Below, piece after piece: positions 52,655 through 64,000 of a stretch of DNA of 64,000 nt (position 1 is the first letter of the stretch; every line of letters starts with the position of its first letter). The notes under the pieces are model-generated. The model worked only from the letters and a program-made list of their open reading frames with translations, was not told the DNA's origin and did no database searches. The stretch lies in contig NW_024704742.1 in the NCBI RefSeq assembly GCF_018977255.1, positions 106,704,001-106,768,000 of the forward strand, read 5' to 3'. This stretch comes from Callorhinchus milii. Taxonomy: Eukaryota. The translations under genes and the position numbers were made by a program.

Positions 52655-52809
52655 TTTTCGGAAAAGTCTTTGGCTCCCTCCTCCAGCAGATGTAGGATAA
52701 TATATATAAACATTGTGGTCCTCAGCACTCACTGGCTTCTCGACAAATGGCTTTTGAAAATTTTCTCCATTGACTTCAACATGATCTTCACCTTCCACTA
52801 AATTACATT
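52655..52809 (-). CDS. PPIP5K2: PPIP5K2 coding exon 5 ([15 protein letters not shown]...[10 protein letters not shown])
   Basis: Overlaps ORF 52601..52798; [14 protein letters not shown] motif of the ATP-grasp kinase; 155 nt. Confidence 0.97.
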
Positions 52810-52924
52810 CTAAGAAAAGAAAGGCACCCAGATGTGATCAGGATTAGGAGGCTACTGATATGAAGAAATAACAAAGTACAAGAGAGAACAGTCCTCAAGA
52901 GCTAGAATACATCTTATTTCTGCA

Positions 52925-53485
52925 TTTTGTTTGGTCAGCCAGCAGTATGATATCTGCGGAAAACCATCACTATGCTTTAAGGGTATACAAACCAGATGAA
53001 GTTCAACATACATATGCCAGCTACACCTGTTGAATTTCTGTGTCTGGAATGGAACAAGTACTCTCTCTCTCCTCTAGAGGGAAGTATCCTACATACCTAA
53101 TTCCAGACAATATTAATCGCAGGTTGGTAAGAACCGAGGACTGGGGATGCAAGAGTATGCATTGGGTACTGCTGAAGTATAACCAGCTAAAACTGAAAGC
53201 TTGCCATTTAGAGCCTGTCTGGCAAGATTTCCGCTGATTATCAACTAGCACCACCCTACCCCCAAATCTTGGGCTTGCAGGGTTAATAGGAGTCAAATGG
53301 GAAGAATCCCTGCTCCCTTGTCCCTCTAAGTCCTGGCCGATGAACCAGGATGACTGGTCTGTTATCAGCACTGTCCTGGAGTACTGCAGATCTGCCTGGC
53401 TCAGGAACCAGCCAACTGAGACTGCCACAGAGATCTGACACAATTATGATATTCAGTTGCCAAGTACATCACCCTGGAGTCAGCT
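52925..53485 (-). mobile_element. 3' region of the unassigned LINE family
   Basis: Similar to 885-1450. Confidence 0.75.
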
Positions 53486-53651
53486 CAATTCTTAAGGAGA
53501 CGCCGCTTAATGTTCTCTCTTCTTTAAAGTATTTAACAAATTCCAAATATTTGCAATTGCACCCATTGTAATCAGATCATGGTATGTTTGTGTTACCATT
53601 ATGGAAACCAATAGAATTAACAAATAAAACTTATAACTAGAGAATCGGTAC

Positions 53652-53737
53652 CATCAGGTTTATCTGGATCACGGTTTAGTATTGCATAGCGTGGCAGCTC
53701 AATTCCTTCCTCCTGCAAAATATGATAAACTTCTCTC
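53652..53737 (-). CDS. PPIP5K2: PPIP5K2 coding exon 4 ([28 protein letters not shown])
   Basis: Manual translation; AG/GT; 86 nt, phase 2 to 1. Confidence 0.95.
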
Positions 53738-54590
53738 CTGTATATAAAAATGAGATGTTACATCATAAAATAAAGCATTTAAAGATACTTTTTAAACAAT
53801 TTGATTATTTTTTGTAAGCCAAGACTTATATAGAACAGCAATTAGATAGGCTATCAATTTTCATATCATGTTACTTTTATAATACATAGTTAACTCTTAG
53901 AAAATTTCTCATATTGAAGTAGACAATGAGCAAGACAACCGCATTTATCCCAGGTAAGATTATATAATCAGTAAGAAACAAACTACAGTGAACTCCTGAT
54001 AATTTGGTCCAGTTTAATTTGTCACTGCCACTTAAGTCATCATGCTGTCAATATCCTGGCTGCATTTACTGTATGTATTTATACATATGCCTAATTCACC
54101 ACTATGGATAACCTGTTACTGAGCCTTTTTCCCTTGGAGTTTACTGTCAATTCACTTCAGTGTGTTCTGTGAAGCGCTTTGGGACGTCCTCCCGACGTGA
54201 AAAGCGCTGTATCAAATGCAAGGATTATTATTATTATTATTATTATTACTGTATACATGCAAAACATTGACCATGGAGTTCAAATATTTCAATATACTAT
54301 ATTAGGTTTTACAAACTATACAAATATCTTTTTGAATTTTGTCTGTTAGTCTCAATCTCATAACATAAGTTCTAATTCAAAGTGTTACGAGTGAATGAAA
54401 GTTTATTTTGTTGTGGAGCGGGAAATACAGTATAATCATTGTCAGCAAATAAGAAAAATTGTTTTATTTAACCTAATGTTTGACTTACATTTATTGATTC
54501 TGTGCTCAATTGTTTTAAACCCTTCAGCTACAGATTATTTAAACAAAGAGAAACCTTTAACTTCAGTAACTCATTGCTGAGAGAACTCAC

Positions 54591-54681
54591 CTGTCTTGAA
54601 TGTGATACTGCATGTTCAAATCATTAATAACAAATGGCTTCCTGAGTTTTCCATAAGCAACTGCTTTGTCCAATGGAAATC
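54591..54681 (-). CDS. PPIP5K2: PPIP5K2 coding exon 3 ([31 protein letters not shown])
   Basis: Manual translation; AG/GTGAG; 91 nt, phase 1 to 2. Confidence 0.96.
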
Positions 54682-54795
54682 CTTAAAGGAAAAAAAAATG
54701 ATCATGTAAGACTTTATACTTGAACTTTGACTAAATAAAGTTATTAAAGGACTGAAAAAAGACACAAATATTCTGTTTGTCATGCACATCTAATA

Positions 54796-55175
54796 TGGAC
54801 TCCTGTAACTTATTGGTAAGAGCACTCGCATTGAAAGCGAGAGGACCTGGGTTCAATTTCCGGGCAGGGCCAAACATTGGACAAGTTTCCTTACTCCACA
54901 CGCCTCTGTTTACCTAGCAGTAAGTAGGAACCCGGCTATTAATCGATTGGCAGATTGCTTTTCCATGGGTAATAATCCTTTTTAAAAAAAAAATATTTGA
55001 AAAGAAAATCACTCAATCCAGACGGTTTGTGAGACACTGCTGTGCACAGTTGACTGCCCTGTTTTGCCCACAAAATATACAGTCAATCCACATTACAGTT
55101 TACTCTGTAAAGCGCTTTGAGACAGCTCAAAGACGTGATAAGGCGCTATACCAAATTCAAGGACTATTATTATTA
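54796..55175 (+). mobile_element. tRNA-derived SINE, long variant
   Basis: Same family consensus. Confidence 0.88.
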
Positions 55176-55429
55176 ATACTAATAAATACACTTAAGAGAT
55201 TTGATTCATACAAATAATCCTCAATGCTCCAAGGCACTTTTTCTAAAGAAAATGTAAACTTCAAATTCTGTAACTTCATTTATGGTTTCAGGCCATTGTT
55301 GTATGTAAATTGGCTGCCACATTCATCTAAAAATACATATTTATTACATTTTTACCGTCATTACTGTGAAGCACTTTGAGACAATTTGACGTGATAAAGC
55401 TCTACAACAAATGCAATGATGCTACCCAA

Positions 55430-56422
55430 TAACAACAACAAAATTACATTTGTATATCGCCTTTCACCTCGGGAGGTCGTCCCAAGACGCTGGACAGACA
55501 GAGTTACGGACCCGACCTGGGGGTCAGGGTGGGGGAGGATGCAGGGAAGGAAGCAGGGAGATTGAAAGCACAGTTGAAGCGGAGGTCATTGAGGTGGGTC
55601 TTCAAGATGGCTAGGGCGGGCTCGAGATGGAGGGACTGCAGGATGGTTCCAGAGGGTGGGTGCAGAGTGGCGGAAGGCCCGCCCGCCAATAATGGGGCGA
55701 GCAAGGCGGGGGGGCGGTAAAGCAGGCCGGAGCCCACTGAGCAGAGCGAGTGAACTGGATGGTAGAGTGTTAGGAGGTCGGAGAGGTAAGAGGTAGCAAG
55801 ACCGTGGAGGGCTTTGAAGATGAGGACCAGGATCTTGAACTGTATCCTCTGTGTGATGGGAAGCCAGTGGAGTTGGGCAAGGTTGGGGGTGATAGGGTCA
55901 CGGAGCCTAGTGCAGGAGAGGACACGGGCTACAGAGTTCTGGATGATCTGCAGCCTGTGGAGGGAGGAGTTGGGGAGGACGACAAGCAATGAGTTTGCAT
56001 AGTCGAGCCTTGATGTAATGAAAGCATGTATGAGAGTTTTGGCGGCATGCGGTGTGAGTCAGTGTCAGAGCCGGGCGATGTTGAGGAGGTGGGGGAAGGC
56101 AGAGTGGGTCATGGCGCAGATGTGGGGTAGAAAGGGTAGTTGAGGATCAAACAAGACCCCAAGGTTCCGGACTGGCTCAGTGAGGTGGAGTGTGCACCAT
56201 GGATGGTGATACTGTCAGCGCCTGAGGTGAGGAGATGCTGACAGGAGCCAATCAGGAGAGCCTCGGTCTTGTTGACGTTCAACTGAAGAAAGTTAGTTCT
56301 CATCCAGGACTTGATGTCTGACAGACATTCTGTCAGCACAGCAGTGGTCTTGGTGTCAAGGCTGGAGGCAGAGAGATAGAGTTGGGTATCATCCGCATAC
56401 ATGTGGAAGTTGACCCCATGTC
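55430..56422 (-). mobile_element. 5'-truncated L2 LINE
   Basis: MYADDTQLY and LHWLPI motifs; (TTG)n tail. Confidence 0.92.
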
Positions 56423-56518
56423 ATGCATAACAGAATGCATATGGAAACAATCAAATTAACTTCTGCACTCAAAGGATTAAGTAGTATTATAAACACCTTG
56501 AATTTGAATTGCTTCTAC

Positions 56519-56714
56519 CTTTTGAATGGAAAGATATAAGACAGTCACAAAGTGGCCATTTCTCCACTGGCTCATTTAATATAACATCTTCTTCAAATAG
56601 CACAGTCGTAATGTACTTGAACAAGCAAAGTCGGCTCAGAATCTCACTCATTGGCTTGGATTTGGATTTCTTGGCCATGGCACAAATTCCAACAACGATC
56701 TGCCTTTCTGGTGG
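56519..56714 (-). CDS. PPIP5K2: PPIP5K2 coding exon 2 ([11 protein letters not shown]...ISFHSK)
   Basis: Start of the kinase domain; AG/GT boundaries; 196 nt, phase 0 to 1. Confidence 0.97.
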
Positions 56715-56909
56715 CTGTCGGACAAAACAAGTACAATGCAAATAAACAATCAAAACGTTTCCACATAATTCCATTCCCCCAAAAACTAAATAAAAACTTC
56801 ACCATAGAAAAGTACACAATAAAAAATATGCTGGACTGGAAAATACAAATTATATTTATATAATTATACAATTATAATAGGTGATCAACACAAAGATTTA
56901 CAGTTCATT

Positions 56910-57286
56910 TGGAATCCTGTAGTTTAGCAGTTAGGGCACTCGCCTCACAAGCGAGAGGACCTGGGTTCAATTCCCGACAGGGCAAAACGTTGGGCAAGTT
57001 TCCTTACTCCACACGCCTCTCTTCACCTAGCAGTAAATAGGAACCCAGCTATTAGTCGATTGGTGGATGGTTTTTCTAGGGGTAGTAATCCGATCAAAAA
57101 TAACTAAAAATAATAATTTGGTCACTTAATCCACTACTGTTTGTAGGACACTGTTGTGTTCAATTGGCTGCCGCGTTTCACCCACAAAATATCCAGTCAA
57201 TTCACTTTACAATATATTCTGTGAAGCACTTTGAGACCTCTCGAAGATGTGATAAGACTCTATATCAAATACAAGGATTATTATTA
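56910..57286 (+). mobile_element. tRNA-derived SINE, long variant
   Basis: Same family consensus. Confidence 0.88.
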
Positions 57287-57416
57287 AAATATAAGTTTCA
57301 TTATTCAGCTCTAAAGTACTGAATTAAAAAAAATATTAAAGTTGTTTCAAACACTGCATATAAACACTGGATTTACACATAAATTTAAAAACCACAGATA
57401 TATACTCAGTACTCAC

Positions 57417-57557
57417 AGAATCATATTCATCATCATCGCCATCCTCCTCATAACAAAAATGTTCAATCTTCATTTGATCCAAGTGTTCATCGCTTTCTCC
57501 ATCTTGAGATCCAACGAAGAACCTGGGAGCATCATTCTTTAGGCGATGAATAGACAT
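57417..57557 (-). CDS. PPIP5K2: PPIP5K2 coding exon 1 (MSIHRLKNDAPRFFVG...DDDEYDS)
   Basis: APRFFVG plus an acidic stretch matches the PPIP5K2 N-terminus. In-frame TGA 9 nt upstream of the ATG; donor GTGAGT; 141 nt, ends phase 0. Confidence 0.9.
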
Positions 57558-57825
57558 GACTATTCAGGCCTGCACTTTTGGTCTTTTAGTGTCAGCCAAA
57601 GTGCACACAAAGTTTCTGCACAATTATGCAATCAAATGGGATAGTACTTCTTTCTAAAATCTCACTTATTGATGATGTACTATTAGCTGCCAAATGCACT
57701 TCAATTTGTTACCGTAACGTCTGTATATTTTAATCCTTGCACATTTTTAAAGATTGTAGATAGTGTTCGTCGTACCAGTCCAGGAACTATTCTTGGAAAC
57801 ACTCAATGGGGTTACATTCTTCCTT
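57558..57825 (-). other. PPIP5K2: Probable 5' UTR portion of the first coding exon
   Basis: Candidate acceptor CCTTTCCATTTTTAG ends at 57826. A further upstream non-coding exon or promoter was not identified. Confidence 0.5.
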
Positions 57826-59599
57826 CTAAAAATGGAAAGGTTAAAAATTGCACTTCAATTACAGGTAAATACATTTCTAGTCAAACAACTGGACTTTCCA
57901 TAAACTGCAATGCAATAAATATGCCATTTGTTATTGCAATGTAAAGCTTAATCTGTGTGGTCAAAATCTGAAAATTGGACACAGGTTTACATTTTTTTAA
58001 ATAAACCCTAAATAAGAAATGATTTGTAACAGTAACATCAACTTGTACTTATGCAGCACCTTTCATGTAGGATGAACATGTCAAATCGCCTTACATACAT
58101 TATAAAGTGTGCCAAATAGGGAAAAGACAGATTTAAGGATTTGACCAAAATATATAGCAGTAATGACTCTGTTTCAGGGAAGTTCAGTTCATTTTCAACA
58201 AGTGGAATGCAGTGCATAGCTGACACTTGCAATAGCCTTCCACAAAAGTAGAAAACAGTTCAATTCTGCATGAAACATGGTCATTCATTACATAGTATAA
58301 CTTCCTCACCTAAAATGGCAACAGTAATGCAATCTCTTTACAATACAAACTCCATTGATTCTTTTGAAGTCAATAAACAAATGGTTTTGCATGCATAATT
58401 GTTTTAGGATAAAACATAAAATATTAAAAATGTTTGAAATATCATACATTATTATCAAACAGCACATCATGTTGTTTACATACAGAATCATTTCTAAGTG
58501 GCTTCCATGGTGTACAGTATCGTAATCAATTTTTTTCAGTTTTTTGTTTTAAAACTATAAGGGAGGGCTACTTTTTTTAAAGAAAAACAGGATATATGCA
58601 ATTCACTTTAATCAGATTACAATCAAAGTATTGTATGCAATCATTATTAAGTTACATATTATTTAATTTGTTCTTATAACATTCCTCTGTATTAAACAGG
58701 TTAAATATCTTAAAATCGCGTATGCGACTATATTTCTGATTAAATATCCTTACATAACTGAGATAATTCATATGGGCATAACATCTATCCTCAAGCTGCT
58801 GACAGGGAAAGTAATCTTAGATCAGGATCAAGAAAAAAAAGGGCGAATTGAATTTCCTTTTTTAAATGCTGAACACAGAAATTAAAATATTTTCAGCTTT
58901 CCTTTCTAACTTAACTCTCAAGGATAATCAAAAAAAAATCACAAAGCAGGCATTTTAAGGTATTTTTTTCTGGGGAAAATGTTTTTTTTGAAAAAATCTA
59001 CTCGATTTTCTCCTCCCCAAACCACAATGTCGGTTCTGGAAAGGTGCATGCATCCTGAAATCTGCCTTGCTGTGGGCTCTGGATGCATACGCATCATATT
59101 TTGCTGGCTTTTCCATGGTTAGAAAAGTCAGTCAGAATTCCTCTGCTGGTTGTGTGTGTGTGTGCATGTGTGGCAAACAGCTGAGGAGAGGTCAGGCTCA
59201 GCTGTGATGCCCTCTATAATCGATACGCACTCCCAAGGTTCGCAAGTGAACCATAGCCATTTGGATCGGTTACCAGAAAGAACCAGCGCCTATGGAACTG
59301 CACCCAACAAGAAGATGGCCTATTAGCAGGAGAGAGACATATGCCAATAGGAAGAAAAACTAGAATTTTTTTAAAATTTAGACAAAAATAGTTTTTACCG
59401 ATCGACCTTCACCAAAACAACATGTATTTATTAGTGATATTCAGTTTTTAAAAAAATCCTTATTAATTCTGCTTCCCTGCCTTTTATAATCTGTCTTGAT
59501 TATTCTCTCTCATCAATTTTGCCCTCGGTGGATTTATCTATCACAACAATGTTTAGATATTCATATATAATATATTAATGTTGAATCAAATCAACTCTC

Positions 59600-60088
59600 T
59601 ACGGTGGTGGTCTCAACAGGCCAGCGCCTTGGGACGTCCTCCCGACGTGAAAGGCGCTCAATAAATGGAATCTTGTTGTTGTTGTTGTTCCTGAGCCTTC
59701 CTACTTTGCTCCTGTTAACAATGCAAGCCAAAGCCCTAATGAGTAGGTAGTCCTAGCAGGACAAGCAACAGGAAAGCTTGGCAGACGGAGCTTTCAATGG
59801 TTCCATCTGCCAAACTATATGGTTTTAGTTGATTAAACTCCAGCAGTACCCCAACACGCCCTCTGGTGTCTCCAAGCCTTGGCTCTTGCAAGCTCCGCCT
59901 AAAACTCTGGAATTAAATAGGATGTTTCCCTCTGGGGTGATACTGTGCAGTCTATTCAAATACATTGGAATTTCCATGTGTTGGTGGTATGCATAGAAAT
60001 TCTCAGTATTTTAGAAATTAGGAAACTGTTTGATTTGGGTAATCTTAAGTATTCTGCAGATGTTAAAGACATCATGCTGACCAAAAAA
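59600..60088 (+). mobile_element. Unassigned LINE 3' region ending CTGACC-A6, with a tiny L2 tail inserted at 59621-59689
   Basis: Reverse-complement similarity to parts of 885-1400. Confidence 0.7.
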
Positions 60089-62431
60089 TCATGACATACA
60101 GGAAAACTCACACAAATCGTATCAGTAAGGACCATAACATTTAATATGATTTACGCGAAGTCCGAGTTGCAGGCAAACTGTATAAATCGTATACAATCCG
60201 ACGTAATCAATAATCTACACTGCACATGCTTAGTTCAATGCAGCCAGTAAACACATATGTGTACTTCGTCATTACAGTTGGTAAGCGTATGTGGGGTGAC
60301 GTGTCCACATGCGCACTTACCAGCAAGCATTGGATTTGCAGGAAATTAATTAGTAAGTGATAAACAAGGTTTATGAATTAAGTGTGCATTCCATTTCAGA
60401 CACAGGGAAATTTCTACGTGGAGGCAGCATACATACACAATTTCACCCATAAATATACAGTCAATTCACTTTACAGTTTATTCTGTGAAGCGCTTTGAGA
60501 CGTCTAGAAGACATGAAAAGCACTATATCAAATGCAAGGATTATTATTATACTATCGCTCTAGTTTGAATACTCAGTGATGGATTCTGTGTGCATCGGAT
60601 ATTCAACTGACCAATAAATTAATTTTGTTAGTATGTCTAATAACCATGAAGGGTTAAACAATATTTGAAAGCAGTGATCCCAAAGAGGCAAGTGATCCCA
60701 CATGTATCTTTACACTTTTACAAATATTATTTGGCTATAGGATTCTGCCAAAATAAGATTTGTTTCAATTGTTAACAACAACAACAAATTACACTTGTAA
60801 TAGTGCCCTTCAAGTCGGAAAGACGTTGCAACTATTAATTAGTTAGTTTAACTAATTTATTTATTCTTAGGACCAAAATTTTTCATGAATACAATACCAA
60901 ATGCAAATATTTTCTTCAATTATCTAATTTGAGAAGTAAAAGGAATATTTTACAATGCAATATTTTGGCATAGTTATGTGCAATAGAAAAAAGGATTAAG
61001 TTGTAAAACTGTATTCAGCCTTACTGAGATATTAGGTGAAAACAACCTTCTGTTGCAGGAAATACTTGGCACAAAGTTACTCTCATCTGCATCTAGAATT
61101 TACGACATCTGTGATAAATATGCTGAGATCAGCCTGGGAACAAAACCAGGTGGGAATGGAAACCAAGATTAAAGAAAAAAATACTAAAAACATTTAAAAG
61201 GATTTTTTTTAAATCAGATGGAAATAAGTTAATTAGGAAGATTAAAAGGGAAAGAATGAATACTTAGGAACAGAGAAAATTGTATAAAATCAATATATTT
61301 CACTAATTACATCATTCTGGATAAGACAGATGATATCTACGACTTATCAGCTCTCTGTAAACATGATCACTATATATCGTGCTTCGAAATTGCTAGTTAG
61401 AAGCACGGTGAGAGAATGCCAATCCAGGTGCTGTAGTCAAGGCAGAAACCGTATTAGCTTTCAAGAAGGAACTGATTAGATACCTTGAAAGGAGTACTTG
61501 CAATGGCATGGGGGAAAGGCAGGTAAATGGGATTGTATGGATCACTTTTTCAAATAGCCAACACACACAAGGGCTGTGTGTTGAATGTCTTTCTTCTGCG
61601 CCATAGATTTTCAAAACAAGAGGGCATAGTCTTAAAATTAAAGCTAAACCAGATTGAAGTGAGATCAAAATATTGTTCTTCACAAAAGGCTGTGAGAATG
61701 AGGAATGTACGATCCAGAAGGGCACAGATACAGTATACATTATAAGGGATGCTTAAAAGGCAGATCGATGGATATCCCATACTGAATATGGGAAGTAAAG
61801 ATAAAGATGTATATAAAATATAAAAATATATTTTTATAAAACTATACAATTTCTAATCTCATAATTTACAGTTTTTTTTGGAGTTACAGTATGACCCTCT
61901 AGAAAGTAGGCATCCAAGGAATGCAAATTAAAAAAAAATTCCAGGGATAGTAATTGAATTAGCATAAAAGGATTTGTGGTAATAACTTCACTTGGTTAAG
62001 TTCAATAATTGGATAAAAATATCAACAGTTTAGTGCATCGAGGCTATTCAGGTTACTAAAGTGCGATGGTTTATTTCTGAGAAGGATATACTAACAGATG
62101 ATGTGTGCATCTATACTTTTGATTCCATATAACCAATGATATTTGGATGGGTAAGTTAAATATCACCTCCAAGTATGGAGGGGGTCAAACGCCTCATTAA
62201 GCATAATCAAGTTTTCCAAAGAATTTTCCGGATAAGCATGGTATCCCGAACAAGCATTTCACTTTAGAACGTGCCAAGGAGAAAACTGAAAGAGATGTGG
62301 GGCATTAGTCAATTCATCGCTCACTTTGTCAAAACAGAGTGAGGCAGCAATAAACATGGTGATCAGAATACTAGATTGCAAAACCAGTTGAATATGGGTC
62401 CATAATCATATAATATTCTGGTCATATCACA

Positions 62432-63180
62432 CATAGAATCATAGAATTATACAGCACAGAAGGAGGCCATTCAGTCCATCGTGTCTGTGCCAGCTCTCTG
62501 AAAAGAGCTATAGAATTAATCCCACTCTCCCGCGCTCTCCCCACAGCCCTATAAAAGTGTCCTCCCCAAATATCTATCTACTTCTCTCTTGAAAGTTGTT
62601 ATTAAATCGGTATCCATCGCTCTTTCAGGCAATACATTCCAGATCCGAACAACTCGCTGTGTGAAAAAATTTCTCCTCACCTCCCCTATGGTTTCTTTTT
62701 AACAACTATTTTAAATCGGTGCCCTTGGGTTATCGACCCACCTGCCAATGGAAGTAGTTTCTCCTTGTGTACTGCATACAGCTCTGTTATACAAATGTAA
62801 TGGTGTTGTTAGTCATTGCAACACAAGGGGGTTGTAGAGGCAGTGCAAAGGACAGCAACAAAGATGATCTCCAATGTCAGAGCAACGATAAGTAAATTAG
62901 GATTCCAGTCTTGAGAGAAGACAATTCCAAGGGGATCTCATTGAGGTGCACACATTTTTAAATGGGACTGAAACAGAAAACCCATATCAATACTTTAGAA
63001 AGCACCAAGACAATAGAACAAGAGGGGACAGGTTTAAAGTTGTAAAGGGCAATTTCAGGTCAGATACCAGGAAATTTTTCTTTAGTCGGGGGGGGGGGGG
63101 GGGATAAATCAACAATTGGAACAGGTTGCCAGGAAAAGTGGACACATTTAAAAAGCAGTTTGATGCTGTGATGAGGGGCT
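62432..63180. mobile_element. Two CR1 fragments (minus 62432-62770, plus about 62830-63180)
   Basis: (CATAGAAT)2 tail; degenerate LERR..GDLIEV and TRGDRFKV motifs. Confidence 0.8.
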
Positions 63181-64000
63181 CATAATTTATTCTAGTGTAA
63201 AGTAACCTGATGATGGGTCTGTTTCAGCAAAAGTTGTTGCAAATGATTTGTAGTGGTGTGTTTATCTCTGAGTGTCAAAGCAACTGAGATTTAAAAATCA
63301 AAATTGTAAGGAAAGCTAAAGGAAGTTGGGTTTGTTTTCCTTAGAAAAAAAAGAATGCAAAGTGATTGGACAGAAGTTTTCAAAATTATAAATAGGATTG
63401 ACTAATATTAGAACAATAATTTTGCACTTATAACACCTTTTATGTAGGAAGAACATCTCAAATAATTTTTTTTCAAAGATTGAGTAGGAGCCTGAGGTTA
63501 GCGGGAGATGGGGGATGTGTGGCTGGAGGTTCAGCCAACGAGATGAGACGTTTTTTTGACAACCAATGACTCTATATCAAATACAAGAACTTTTTTCAAA
63601 TGAAGCAGATGATCAAGCCCGCAACATATTATTTTCAAAATATAGTAGCCTAAATTACTTTGTGATTCTAAAATATCAGAAACTAAACTTTTGTTGTAGT
63701 TCATAAGTCCATGATAAGGTAAAGCAATAAAGCAAATGGGTTGCTTTCACTTATTACAATTAGGCTGGAAAATAAAAAATAAAGAGATACTTGTCCACGT
63801 ATACAATGCTTGTTAGACCTCATTTGGAGTATTGTGTTCAGTTTTGGCCACATAATCTTCAGAAGGATACACAGTACTAGCTTGGTTCACAAGACTAACA
63901 ATACCTGAGCTGGGGTAATCCTGCCACTGTATAAGTCATTGGTGAGTTCATACTTAAGAGAACTGTGTACAGTACAAAAAAGGATATTGACAAATTCGAG

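Noticed and set aside
7715..60550. Dispersed palindromic repeat (AAGCGCTTTGAGACGTC...GACGTGAAAAGCGCT) as a CRISPR- or REP-like system
   Set aside because: Irregularly spaced and always part of a SINE or L2 3' tail. There are no spacers or cas genes, and the context is eukaryotic.
58000..64000. Promoter, CpG island, first exon, or a neighbouring gene such as GIN1
   Set aside because: No CpG island or recognisable coding exon seen. The region is AT-rich with CR1, L2 and SINE fragments.

Overview
Vertebrate genomic DNA, inferred to be from a cartilaginous fish (possibly a holocephalan) because of its repeat content: a tRNA-derived SINE, Deu-type SINEs, and L2 and CR1 LINEs. One multi-exon gene on the minus strand spans most of the window: PPIP5K2 (VIP1-family inositol pyrophosphate kinase/phosphatase). 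I traced 27 coding exons by hand from the ATG at 57557 to 7224 (3376 nt, about 1125 codons) with consistent splice phases. All 27 donors are GT except one GC donor. The usual C-terminal exons (GFELYSMVP... onward) are not visible and probably lie left of base 1. The C-terminal disordered region has extra exon candidates: a frame-coupled 118+80 nt pair, a possible poison exon and a possible early terminal exon. The introns hold many retroelements: L2, CR1, a chimeric tRNA/CORE-like/Deu/L2-tail SINE in two length variants, and a third LINE family of unclear clade. I see no prokaryotic features or CRISPR, and nothing that I can support as a new biological system. The best leads are alternative splicing and retroelement biology. 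Family assignments come from recalled motifs, not database searches. Repeat boundaries are approximate.
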